A stretch of DNA of 63,853 nt, filler included, from Octopus bimaculoides (GCF_001194135.2; 5 parts of 5 records of this genome joined end to end with filler, not necessarily neighbours in it), one strand, 5' to 3'; numbered from the whole stretch's first letter, positions 1-11,481 are shown. Numbers and translations: made by a program. The notes: generated by a model from the sequence alone, not told the origin.

Positions 1-313
1 GAATTATAATTTATACTAATTTTCTATTTTCCTCAATTGAATTCAGCATCTACGAGATATCTAGGCACAAGCTTAAACAATTTTAGTAAACTATCCACGT
101 CGTGGTATTTCCAAGTATCACTTTATTCGTAAAACTGACTTTACATCAATTTCTTTTGAAATACATTTCCTCCTTATCAGGCGTATCCTCTTCTGCTCAC
201 ACTTCTTCAATCGACCTGCAGGCATTTTTCATAGTTCAAGTCTAGCAACATAAATTTTCCATTATTTACCGAGTTTATCTTAAACCCTGCCATCTTTCAT
301 TACTTCTCTTTTA

Positions 314-642
314 ATTACCTCCGCCTTCGCTAAGGCGGAGGTATTATTTTCAGTCGTGTTTGCTTGTCCGTGGACAAAATACTTCAAGAACCGCTGGATG
401 GATTTGGTTGAAACTTTCAGAGACGTTTGCCTCATACCTGGCACGATCTCATTAGATTTTGTGGTCGAGGCGTCTTTTTTTACTTAATTTTTGAGAGTGG
501 TGAGGTTCATTTTTAGTATTCTAGTTTGTTTGAGCAGTCGAATTTATTTCAGATATTCTCATTTTAAAAATCATCTGTGTTATCGTTGAGAAGACATTGG
601 TGATGCCTTGGCGGATATTTGCATTCTCTGAGTGCCCTTGTT
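314..642 (+). mobile_element. Non-autonomous Helentron/DINE-1-like (HINE-type) element
   Basis: 5' hairpin TACCTCCGCCTT-cgct-AAGGCGGAGGTA (316-343), then a GTTTGCTTGTCCGT..GGATGGATTTGGTTGAAACTTT core and a 3' end CCTTGGCGGA..TCTCTGAGTGC that echoes the 5' hairpin. This architecture resembles the DINE-1/HINE families. Confidence 0.6.
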
Positions 643-933
643 TCCTTTCCTTCGGTCCATCTTTCGTTCTTTCTTTCGTTCATCCAAGTTTTTTTGTTCT
701 TTGTTTCTTAAACCCTTTCTTTGTTTTCTCTACCATTGTTAGAGCTCGTATCTCCCGACTAGAGATTTTGCAAGGAGACTCTTATCAAAATTAAACCTAT
801 ACGATTCTAGACATTGTGTTCTGTTATTAATTGCAAATTCGTCCATTTGTACAATCGGAGCTAATTCCCTCTCTTTTCTGCCTGTCGTATGTCTCTCTCT
901 CTCTCATTACACACACACACACACACACACATA

Positions 934-1159
934 CAGCGGCAGCTGGCAGAAACGTTAGCACGCCGGGCGAAATGCTTAGCGGTATTTCGTCTGTCTCTAC
1001 GTCCTGAGCTCAAATCCCACAGAGGTCGACTTTGTCTTTCATCCTATCTGGGTCGATTAAATAAGTACCAGTTACGCACTGTGGTCGATATAATCGACTT
1101 AATCCGTTTGTCTATCCTTCTTTATCCCCTCTGTGTGTAGCCCCTTGTGGGTAGTAAAT

Positions 1160-1165
<6 letters not shown>
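934..1165 (+). mobile_element. tRNA-derived SINE family A (tail type 1)
   Basis: A-box-like TGGCAGAAACGTTAGC, B-box-like GAGCTCAAATCC, GGTCGA core and TTTGTCT..CCCCTTGTGGG tail; collinear with the copy at 38385-38677. Confidence 0.85.
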
Positions 1166-1215
<50 letters not shown>

Positions 1216-1227
1216 CACACACACACA
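1165..1227. repeat. (CA)n microsatellite
   Basis: Directly visible. Confidence 0.95.
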
Positions 1228-1882
1228 CTCTCAACGTTCAGCATTCCAATGGACATTACCTTTATGAAATGGCGTCTGGAGATCATAAACGTTTATGCTC
1301 ATTCTTAAATTATTATTCTCTTGAAAGAGGTAAAATCAATAACGTCGCACGCAGTTCAATTTATCATCATAGTACTTCAGTATTCTTTTCCCAATATATC
1401 GTATACCCAGTCAACACAACAAACCCAGCGGTTTCTTATACGCCCTGTATATTGCAGCAGCTAATTTGATTTTATACTTGCTAAAGATTTACCATTAGCT
1501 TTCTTTTTTCATTGTTTCTTCTTTCACAAAGGCCTTATTAGATTTGTTATAAAGGCAGCGAAATGACAGAATCAATAACTCATCGTATAAAACTTTTAGT
1601 GGCATTTCTTCCTATTTGTTATATTCTTAGCATATATTGCATCGTGGTCGATTTTTTCTCTTACTCCTTTTGGGGCGTTAAAATGAGTACGAGTCAGTTA
1701 CTGAGTTTAGAGTAACTGCATCTCGTTTCCCCTCTAAGAACATTACTGTCCTTGTGTCTAATCTCAGTATATGATAGATGGATATTCTTTTATTCTGTTA
1801 CTAGTTTCAGTCATTTGACTGCGGCCATGCTGGAGCACCGCCTTTAGTCAAACAAAACAACCCCAGGACTTATTATTTGTAA

Positions 1883-2002
1883 TACAGTTCTATATGCCCA
1901 CGGGCTTATGGCGTAGTGGTTAAGAGCGCTAACTAAGAGGGCTACTAACCCCAAGATTCTGAGTTCGATTATAGGTAGTGACATGAATAATAATAATAAT
2001 AA

Positions 2003-2033
<31 letters not shown>

Positions 2034-2205
2034 AAGAAGAAGAAGAAGAAGAAGAAGGAGAAGATCAACAAATACCTTAGGAATGAGAACCCAGGTTCGA
2101 AATTTCCCCAAGACACCTGGTGAAGGCTGGAGGGTATATCAGCCGAATCGTTGTGTTAACAACAAACAAGATGAGGACAAATATCCATCAAATGTAAATA
2201 ATGTA
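1883..2205 (+). mobile_element. tRNA-headed SINE family C with (AAT)n(AAG)n body and hammerhead-like 3' tail
   Basis: A box TGGCGTAGTGG (1909-1919), B-box-like GAGTTCGATT (1961-1970); 13-bp TSD TTATTATTTGTAA (1870-1882) / TCATTCTTTGTAA (2206-2218) with 2 mismatches; splits the host SINE B collinearly. Confidence 0.85.
2112..2157 (+). ncRNA. Minimal type-I hammerhead-like motif, two core substitutions in this copy
   Basis: gacac-CTGGTGA-A-GGCTG-loop10-CAGCC-GAAT-CG-TT-gtgtt. Stems I and II pair; the core differs from CUGAUGA/GAAA at one base each. Confidence 0.65.
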
Positions 2206-2332
2206 TCATTCTTTGTAAGTCTAGTACTTATCCCATCGGTGTCTTTGCCCAACCGCTAGGTTACGGGGACGTAAACACACCACCATCGGTTGTCAAGTGA
2301 AGGTAGTGAACACACACACACCACACACACAT

Positions 2333-2365
<33 letters not shown>

Positions 2366-3487
2366 CCGACGGGCTTCTTTCAGTTTCCGTCTACCAAATC
2401 CACTCACTAGGCTTTGGTTGGCCCGAGGCTATAGTAAAAGACACTTGCCCAAGGCACCACGCAGTGGGACTGAACCCAGAACTATGTGGTTGGTAAGGAA
2501 GCTATTTACCACAAAGCCGCTCCTGCGCCTATGTTGAGATATTCTAAATATACTTGTAAGCATAACCAAGATGGTGATTGTAATGGTTTGAAGGTCTGTA
2601 AGACATCAATAACTAACTTGCACGAAAGCAACAACCCCAGTATAGAGAGATCTACTTCCCCTTCCAACTATTGTAATTCATTTCAGAGACTTTTATCTTA
2701 TTTTATTTTCTAGTAAGAATGAAAATGGAAGAAGATATATAATGTAAATGATTAAAGAGCACCGTCCCATCGATTCATTTTCAAAAGCTCCACCTTATAA
2801 CTTCAAATTATTAAAAAAAAACGGAACATAGATTCCTCCTCGGTCCCAGCATTCTTAGTTTAGAAGAAAAAAAAAATAACCACTTCAGCCTACTGGTTCT
2901 TTATATGAAGGGTTTTCATTCTTAATATATCACAGCGTTCGAGAATGCTGAGATAGCAATAAGTGTAACTAATTTAAGCAAGAAACCAATTTTAGTACTA
3001 AAACAACTATTTTTCACTCAAGTTTCATTTGAAAAGCTGAAAGGAGAGAAATATCCCGCGGTCAGATTTTCTATTACTAATATGATAAAATCTCTATATT
3101 CTTGATATATTATTTACTTATCTCTCTTATTTTTATTTATACAAATTCATTTCTTATTTCCCTGAACTCAGTGTTAATCCTTCGAATAAACTATGTCGCT
3201 ATGGTCGTCATAACATCTATCATTTAAAGTTAGATAATTGTTTGTTTATGAGACGGAACATGATTTTCGCTTATTGGTGAAAATGTGTTGCTTGTAAAGC
3301 TAAACTGTTTCTATAGTCGCTACTATATTCGTAACGTTCAATCTCACTTTCGATTGTATTCTATTTTTTATTACTTTTCGATAAAGTTCAGTGTTATATT
3401 ATTGTTTGGAGCATCATAATTAGTCATTGCTCTCATCATAGTTGCTACTTAATAAATAAATATTTTATTGCTAGCATCTACATAAAC

Positions 3488-3691
3488 ATTGGCTTCAAAT
3501 TTTGACTAGCAAGTTCGGAGAATGGGTTAAGTCGATTATATCGACACCAGTGCTCAACTGGCATTTATATGATCGATCCCTAAAGAAAGTAAGCAAAACC
3601 GACCTCGGCGGAGCTTGAATTCAGACCGTAAAGACAGACGAAATGCTACTAAGCATTTCATCCGGCATGCTAATTATTCTGCCAGCTTGCC
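3488..3691 (-). mobile_element. SINE family A (diverged, tail type 2)
   Basis: Reverse complement matches the family A head (GGCAAGCTGGCAGAAT..GAATTCAAG) and the GGTCGA core. Confidence 0.75.
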
Positions 3692-3823
3692 TTAGAATCT
3701 AGATTAATATTAAATTTTAGGTTCTGACTCTTGTAAATGGGTAAATTTCTTCAGTTATTTTTTTCCTTTAAATGACATCCATTGCCCATTCGCGAAAAAT
3801 ACAAAAAAACTCATCGTAATTGT

Positions 3824-4203
3824 TGTTGTTGTTGGCACTCCGTCGCTTACGACGTCGAGGGTTCCAGTTGATCCGATCAACGGAACATCCAGCTCGTGAA
3901 ATTAACGTGCAAGTGGCTGAGCACTCCACAGACACGTGTACCCTTAACGTAGTTCTCGGGGATATTCAGCGTGACACAGTGTGACAAGGTTGACCCTTTG
4001 AATTACAGGCACAACAAACACAGGAAGTAAGAGTGAGAGAAAGTTGTGGTGGAAGAGTACAGCAGGGTTCGCCACCATCCCCTGCCGGAGCTTCGCGGAG
4101 CTTTTAGGTGTTTTCGCTCAGACAACGCCCGGTCTGAGAATCGAAACCGCGATCCTATGACCGCGAGTCCGCTGCCCTAACCACTGGGCCATTGCGCCTC
4201 CAC
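3824..4203 (-). mobile_element. tRNA-derived SINE family D, full length, (AAC)n tail
   Basis: Head GTGGAGGCGCAATGGCCCAGTGGTTAGG..GGTTTCGATTCTC; perfect 12-bp TSD CATCGTAATTGT at 3812-3823 and 4204-4215. Confidence 0.9.
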
Positions 4204-4559
4204 CATCGTAATTGTAGTTCGGCTTTAATCTAGCAATCATAGCTTGACTATGCTTTGATTAGACCGGAAGTTATCATATTGCTTCAATTTTACATTTTAA
4301 TATAAAGTCACTTCCGACGAGAGGCAGGTTAGCAATAGTAGATACTTCAAGCAAACATTTAGTTCATTGAAAAGGAACAGGAAAAGAAAATTTATTGTGA
4401 AGCTGCCTTAGAAAGCATAAAACGACCAGCAAAATACCGAAAAATTATTAGTATTATATTAAATAGAGAAATAAGGAAGGAGAGTGTTTGATGAGACAGG
4501 GAAGAGAAAGGGACTAATAATGTAAAACCTCATGGGTATTAAATCTTAACAGCGTGATG

Positions 4560-4900
4560 AATAAGTGAAGAATGTTCACGAGAACAATGACTATTCAATG
4601 CATGATAGTATAAATATGTGATGTTGTGGCTCAGCTGCCGAAACAAGACCAACAATAATAGAAAATAGACAACTGAGGAAAGGAATACCAGCTGGCACAT
4701 AATAGACTCATAAAATTAGATTAACACCACATTCAAAATAAAGATACTCAGATTTAGAACAGCTGGTTAAACATAGATATTATGATCATGAGAATCAAGA
4801 TCGTTTCTGAAAAATCCTATAAACCATAAAGCAGAAAGCTCAGAAAAGAAACACGGCCAACCATATAGATAGGAATGTCATCAGTTTCCATAATGGTTAG
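4560..4900 (+). mobile_element. Highly degraded non-LTR retrotransposon remnant (possibly Dong/R4 CCHC region)
   Basis: Weak similarity in translation (CCGSAAET...YQLAHNRL) to the C-x2-C..ET..H/RHN motif; many disruptions. Confidence 0.3.
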
Positions 4901-6638
4901 TAAAACGAAGGTTAGTTTTCTAGAGTTAAATTTGTACAAGCACAAGGCATATCAATCAGTCATCGATCGACCGTCAAATTGAAGGGAACCGAAATTTTTC
5001 ACCCATTTCAAGATTCAATTTTCTAAATTATGTCTGAATACAATTATCATGAACAAAGATTGTATAGTTAGACACATACATTAAGCAGAAAGTCATTACC
5101 AAAATGGGAGGAAAGAGAAAACTTTTAGGAAATATACAAGAAAGCTAAGAAGCTAAGATCATTATATCGTAGCAACATGTTTGTTGCTGTATTTAACCAA
5201 GGACAATCGGAGGTATAGATACAAAACCATTACATGGCATCGCAAACATAATATGCTACAGAGCTGGTATAGCATCAGAGCCGCATCTACCAGCGATATA
5301 CACATATTCGGGCTTCTAACTATTTGTCTCAGAAAGAATAGTTAAGATAAGGCTAGTACTATGGGCTAGAGCGAAAATATTGACAACACACTATTGACAA
5401 ATGACTAAATTGTAAACATAGATTTTACTCGAGAAGTTGAAAGAGACCAGAGTGAGAATTCCGAAAGAGAAAATATTTGCAAGTATCTATACCCCTCTAA
5501 ACTTTGGAGAGGGGTACTATGCTGGAAAATGGGTAAACCCATGTAAACCTAAATTAAATAATGACCCCTAAAAACAATACCAGTGTTTCTTTTATCCTAA
5601 CACAACCACTAGTGCTTTTTCATCCAGTGCTTATGACGTTGCGTCTTCTTGCATTCTGCTATACTCAACCGCCAGTTAATAATCCTGAATTTCAATGTTG
5701 ATTGAGTTTCTGTCAGTGGTATATCGTTCATTCCAGTTTCTGGTTGCCGGGGCCACCCCGACACATGGACTCAGCTAATGCGGGTTCATCATGCAATGAA
5801 ATAATGGCTAAGATCATTATACACTGTTTGTATTTCCTATTTAGTTTACGATAATTTTAAACTCCTCTACCTTAAATGTTTAGTTTAGAAATTTATTATT
5901 AACATGTCTAGTGTTGACATTTTAATTAATTTCTTTTTACTTCCCTCCTCATGTATTGAAACCGTCACGTAATTTATGAGGTACACAACAAACACCCATA
6001 CAACTCAATTGTCAGGCTGTTACTTCTATTATTACTATTGATTTTATTTCGTATTTGAACGATTAACTGTTCGACCAAAATATTTAACATATGAGTTTGA
6101 AAAACTAGTAAACAACGGCTGATCGATAACTTGGTTAACGGAGTAACTAACCCATTAACTAACAATAAAAATAAAGGAGCGAACCAGTGCTTGAGTTTAT
6201 TATTACCGGCATAATGCCCATCCCAAGGTTCAATAGTACTATTGTATTTAGCCTCGAAGAAACACCTTACACCATTTCTTTCATCTTCATATCCTAGAAT
6301 TCTACCCTTGGACCTATTTTCTTTTAAGCTCGTCATGTGAGCTCACCAAACATTTTGTGGGTAAAATAGTTCAAGTTGCTTATCAACATACTAGCCATTT
6401 TAGTTTGGAATGCCTATATAGCCTACTATATTCTCTGTAATAACAATTCATAGTTTCTACTTACGCAGAATTATAAAGCATTACCTTCCGTTCAAAAATG
6501 CGCAGATTAATTAGACAATACAACATTATGAGAATATCTTTGTGCTAAATATTAATAGACTAGAGTACATTAGCAGGTCGGAAGCAACCTCGCTAATGTT
6601 ATGCTTAGTCAAAACTAATCGTAGGCTTTTCTTTTGGT

Positions 6639-6903
6639 GTGGAAGGTGTTTATAAGCCATTTAAGAAACACACAAAAACCGTTAGATTCACTTAATTTAA
6701 ATTTAATTTGCTAAGATATTTTCGTCGCTTTGAAACCGCGACCGATTCAATGACAAAATTCATGGTGCTGCATCTCGGAATTTTGTCAGTGAGCAGGTCG
6801 CGGTCTCAAAGCGACGAAAATATTTTGGCAAATCAAATTTAAATGTTAAAGTGAATCTAATGGTTTTTGTGTATTTCTTAAATGGCTTATAAACACCTTC
6901 CAC
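6639..6903. repeat. Long fold-back inverted repeat (arms ~123 bp, 16-nt spacer), Penelope-type inverted end
   Basis: 6639-6761 is an imperfect reverse complement of 6778-6903. Confidence 0.9.
6782..6832 (+). ncRNA. Minimal hammerhead-like motif with G3-C8 swapped core
   Basis: tttgtca-GTGAGCA-G-GTCGC-loop9-GCGAC-GAAA-ATAT-TT-tggcaaa; 7-bp stem I (one G-U), 5-bp stem II, palindromic stem III AATATT. Confidence 0.6.
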
Positions 6904-8463
6904 GCTGCAATTGTTTTCGTTTCAGCACACGATCTCAGATCAGGTCGCTTGCTATGCAAGTACNNNNNNNNNNNNNNNNNNNNNNNNNNNNNNNNNNNNN
7001 NNNNNNNNNNNNNNNNNNNNNNNNNNNNNNNNNNNNNNNNNNNNNNNNNNNNNNNNNNNNNNNNNNNNNNNNNNNNNNNNNNNNNNNNNNNNNNNNNNNN
7101 NNNNNNNNNNNNNNNNNNNNNNNNNNNNNNNNNNNNNNNNNNNNNNNNNNNNNNNNNNNNNNNNNNNNNNNNNNNNNNNNNNNNNNNNNNNNNNNNNNNN
7201 NNNNNNNNNNNNNNNNNNNNNNNNNNNNNNNNNNNNNNNNNNNNNNNNNNNNNNNNNNNNNNNNNNNNNNNNNNNNNNNNNNNNNNNNNNNNNNNNNNNN
7301 NNNNNNNNNNNNNNNNNNNNNNNNNNNNNNNNNNNNNNNNNNNNNNNNNNNNNNNNNNNNNNNNNNNNNNNNNNNNNNNNNNNNNNNNNNNNNNNNNNNN
7401 NNNNNNNNNNNNNNNNNNNNNNNNNNNNNNNNNNNNNNNNNNNNNNNNNNNNNNNNNNNNNNNNNNNNNNNNNNNNNNNNNNNNNNNNNNNNNNNNNNNN
7501 NNNNNNNNNNNNNNNNNNNNNNNNNNNNNNNNNNNNNNNNNNNNNNNNNNNNNNNNNNNNNNNNNNNNNNNNNNNNNNNNNNNNNNNNNNNNNNNNNNNN
7601 NNNNNNNNNNNNNNNNNNNNNNNNNNNNNNNNNNNNNNNNNNNNNNNNNNNNNNNNNNNNNNNNNNNNNNNNNNNNNNNNNNNNNNNNNNNNNNNNNNNN
7701 NNNNNNNNNNNNNNNNNNNNNNNNNNNNNNNNNNNNNNNNNNNNNNNNNNNNNNNNNNNNNNNNNNNNNNNNNNNNNNNNNNNNNNNNNNNNNNNNNNNN
7801 NNNNNNNNNNNNNNNNNNNNNNNNNNNNNNNNNNNNNNNNNNNNNNNNNNNNNNNNNNNNNNNNNNNNNNNNNNNNNNNNNNNNNNNNNNNNNNNNNNNN
7901 NATATATATAGTTCTAACAAATGTTACCAGTTCAATCTAGGGATGAAAATACGCATAAAATTATTTAGATGGTTGGATACATCTCTACTGGTTATATCAT
8001 TACCTAATAATCAGGATTAAATTCAGTGTTATAATTTAGGTCTTAGCTCGAACTTTGCACCCACATACTGACTGATAACAGGCATAAATAGAACAATTGT
8101 AATTCGTTCGAGGCCCAGGCACATAAAACACAGGATCTGACCCTCCTGTAATTTTGTTCCTTCTTATTTTACTCAAAAAATAAGATCGGGGATCTGCACA
8201 AATATATATTTATGATATAGCATATGTATGCGAATACCCAGCACACCAGATACATATATTATAAGAAATGTGATATTCCTGCGCAATAGTGTTAGCATGT
8301 ATGCGCATGTGTAGAAAACTATTGTTATTTACTTCAAGCTTTCTTTGTAGAGAATGTTCATTTGAGACCGATTCCACGAAGCTGTAAACGAATTTCTTCG
8401 AATTAAAAACAACGTTCAATTTTCTATCAAAATTATAAATGCATCTTCTATTTAACAAATTTG

Positions 8464-8465
<2 letters not shown>

Positions 8466-8516
<51 letters not shown>
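8466..8516. repeat. (AAT)n microsatellite, tail of the adjacent SINE
   Basis: Directly visible. Confidence 0.95.
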
Positions 8517-8631
8517 CCTTTCTATTATAGGCACAAGGCCGGAAATTTTGGGGAGAGGGGGTCCAGTCGATTAGATCAACCCCAGTACGCAGCTGGTACT
8601 TAACTTATCGACCCCGAAAGGATGAAAGGCA
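8517..8631 (-). mobile_element. SINE family A, 3' half (tail type 2)
   Basis: Reverse complement gives TGCCTTTCATCCTTTCGGGGTCGATAAG..TACCAG core plus CCCCAAAATTTCCGGCCTTGTGCC tail. Confidence 0.8.
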
Positions 8632-9247
8632 TCAAAAAGACGACATGACAATGTGGAAAGAATGATCCATTGGGAGTTCTGCGGAAATCACTACCTACAA
8701 AGAGCAAAACACGTGGTATGACCAAATCCTATAAGGAGTCACTGAGATTTAAGACTGCAGTATCTTGTGGGATGCAATGATTCGCAGAATGTGACTAGCA
8801 GTTCAGACATCAGAAATCTGACATTGTTGTGACGAACAAATAAAGGGAAAACTTGCATGATAATCGACATTGCATGTCTCAGTGAAAACCAGATCAAAGA
8901 AAGAAAAGATGAGGTGAAAAACTATGACGATTTGAAATGGGAAATACGAAGGCTGTGGACAATGAAAAGAGTGGGTGTGATACCAGTAGTAATTGGCGCG
9001 CTTGAAAGGTTCAGCTCTCAACTACCAACATGTCTCAGAAAGACTGGAACAAATTTAAAGATAGAATAGCTACAAAAATCATCGTTGCTTGGAGCTGCAA
9101 CTGTTTTCTGCAGGGTTCTTGAAGTATGATTAGTAAACATGACATGATCAGTGACCTTAGTGTGCTGGCTGTAGACAGCTAACGCTTTCCATCATATTCA
9201 GCCAAATAATATGAGAGTTTTCATTAAAAAAAGGATATAATAATAAT
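8632..9247 (+). mobile_element. Dong/R4-clade LINE, 5'-truncated (RLE endonuclease region, 3' UTR, TAA tail)
   Basis: Translates to RRHDNV..IHW..WYD..ILWD..SDIVV..IIDIAC..KNYDDLKWEIRRLW..VIPVVIGAL with frameshifts; ends in ataataataatg. Confidence 0.85.
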
Positions 9248-10205
9248 GAGCTAAAGGAGAGAGAAAGGAAGTCAAGATAGATCCTAATGATGCATGGAGC
9301 TCATCCACGTGCAGGCACTGATCGTCTATACATGAAGAGAGCAGATAGAGGAAGGGGGTCTGATAAGTGTGGAACTCGAGAGCTTAACGAGATACCTAGC
9401 CTAAGGTAAGGAAACCTTACCAGTGACCATTATTAAAAGCAGAGAAAAAGGGAAGACAAAAGAAGTACAAAAAGAACAGGAAGGGGAAATACGAAACAAG
9501 GGACTACACAATCAATTCCATGTAGCGACAACAGAAGTTCCGGGAAAAATAGGTGGGATTGGCTAATGAAAGGAACCCTAAAAAAGAGACCAAGAGCATT
9601 ATACTGATAGCACAAGGTCACACTTTGGTCACGAACTGGAATGAGAAAGTGTCTCCGCTGTGCCGCATCTGTAATAGAGTGAACGAAACCATTGCCCAAA
9701 TCACGAACGAATGTCCTTGACTTTGCCCAAAACCACTTAAGTTCTATCAACACGACCAGGTAACGAAAGTGCTCCATTGGAAATGCGCAAAAAGGAGGGG
9801 CTAGAGAGAGGCAAGATGTGGTAGGAGCACAAACCGTAGAGAGTGGCGGAGTCAGAGACTAGCAAAATCCTCTGGGACTTTCCAATCCAAACAGATCAGG
9901 TGCTCGAGCATAACAGAACAGACCTTCTGGTGGTGGATAAGGTGCACCACATATGCTATGCAGTTGATGTAGCATGTCCCTTTTCTCACAAATAGCCAAG
10001 ATGGAAGGCGAAATGATACGTATGAAATAGCCCAGCTACGGAAAATGAAGAAGGTAAAGATAGTTCCAATTATTGTTGGGTCTTTGGGAACAGTATCAGA
10101 AGGCATCAAGAGGAATAGAAAGGAAATTGGAATCGAGTGCCCGGTAGAACTGTTATAAAAGGTTTGCCTCCTTGGCACGGCCAGAATAATCAGGAAAGTA
10201 TTTGC
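9248..10205 (+). mobile_element. Second Dong/R4-clade LINE remnant (RT thumb, CCHC finger, RLE)
   Basis: MHGA..DRLYMKRADRGRG; SPLCRICNRVNETIAQITNECP; HDQVTKVLHWK; SKILWDFPIQTDQVLEHNRTDLLVVDK..AVDVACP; VPIIVGSLGTV; CLLGTARIIRKV. Confidence 0.88.
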
Positions 10206-10214
10206 TGAAAAGAA

Positions 10215-10473
10215 CGAATAGTGTGGTATCGTAGGCTGCAGAGTGATACAGCGTGTGATAAAGCTGGCCCTTTGAAATACAGGTACAACAGAATCAGGAA
10301 GAAAGTTGAGGTGAAAGAATACAGCAAGGTTAGCCATCACCTCCTGCTGGAGTCTCGTGGAGATTTAACTATTTCCGCTCAATAAACACTCACAACGCCG
10401 GGTCTGGGAATCGAAACCGCGATCTTATGACCGCGAGTCCGCTGCCTTAACCACTCGGCCATTCCGTTTCCAC
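10215..10473 (-). mobile_element. SINE family D, 5' part
   Basis: Collinear with the head and body of 3824-4203. Confidence 0.85.
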
Positions 10474-10479
10474 ATTACC

Positions 10480-10596
10480 AAGTATAAACCTCAACTGAAT
10501 ATATATCCAACCACTACCAACCAGCAATGAGACTTAAAATAATTTAATACACACTGTTGAGTTGGAAAATACTTCCCATCAATTCTTAAATGTTTT

Positions 10597-10632
<36 letters not shown>

Positions 10633-11380
10633 GCCTGCACACATGCCCACACATCTATACACAAACATCCATACATGCACATACACACATACACACAAAA
10701 GAAAACCTCGCAAAAATACACACACATATACAAACGCACACATGCACATACAAACGCACGCACACACATACACATGAAAGAAAACATCGAAAAAACATAC
10801 ACATGCGCACACATACATACGCATAGCAGGAGGCACCCAAAAGAAAACATCACACACACACACGCGTACACACAGTTGGAGACACTTAAAAGAAAACATC
10901 GCAGTTCAAACCTACACACAACAAAAATAATGAAATTTTGAATTCGTTTTCTTAAGAAGACATTCATCACAACATACACACCCATTAACACTCAGCTGGT
11001 CAGATTCCAAACATATCCAACAGTCATTCAACACAATACATATACAAGCCCCAAACATACATACACACATACATGCACACACAGGCACACACACGCACTC
11101 ACACACATATAAAACCCATTCAATTTATGCTTTTAAGCCACTCCCTCGACAGGAACCCACAGAGAATTTTTTAGACAATAGACAACTAAATCCCCACTCT
11201 TTCTGTCTAACATCTTGGACTCTATACGAAACTAAATTTAAAGAAGACATCAGCGAAAATACTCCAGAGATGTTTTGACCACTAAACATACGATAAACTG
11301 TTTTTACGTCGAACTTATAAAAATTGTTTTTTAGTATTTGATAAGATGAAATCCATCATCGAAACCGGTAATATTCTATG
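10480..11380 (+). mobile_element. Degraded Penelope-like element 3' region with AC-rich expansion
   Basis: Residual GIY-YIG C-terminal similarity (..SWTLYETKF..) comparable to the 19702 ORF, followed by a minimal hammerhead. Confidence 0.5.
11333..11375 (+). ncRNA. Minimal type-I hammerhead with U3-A8 core
   Basis: agtat-TTGATAA-GATGA-aatcca-TCATC-GAAA-CCGG-TA-atatt; all three stems form, GUA triplet, palindromic ACCGGT. Confidence 0.7.
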
Positions 11381-11481
11381 TTTCCATTATAAATTTTTAA
11401 AATCATATTATTAAATTCTTTCTAAATTGAAATGTGTTAGATTTACTTCTCTGCTGTTTCTACATCCATCTGATATATATA

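Larger units (their letters stand above)
1791..2531 (-). mobile_element. tRNA-derived SINE family B, near full length, interrupted by a family C insertion
   Basis: Minus-strand head TAGGCGCAGGAGCGGC..TGGTAA..GGGTTCAGTCCCAC, central (CA/TA) tract, tail GGCGGTGCTCCAGCATGGCCGCAGTCAAATGACTGAAAC; homologous to several other copies in the window. Confidence 0.9.

Noticed and set aside
5974-6336. 120-aa minus-strand ORF as a host gene
   Set aside because: No recognisable domain and no convincing splice context; the length is compatible with chance.
9852-10340. 162-aa minus-strand ORF
   Set aside because: It is the antisense shadow of the Dong LINE and SINE D.
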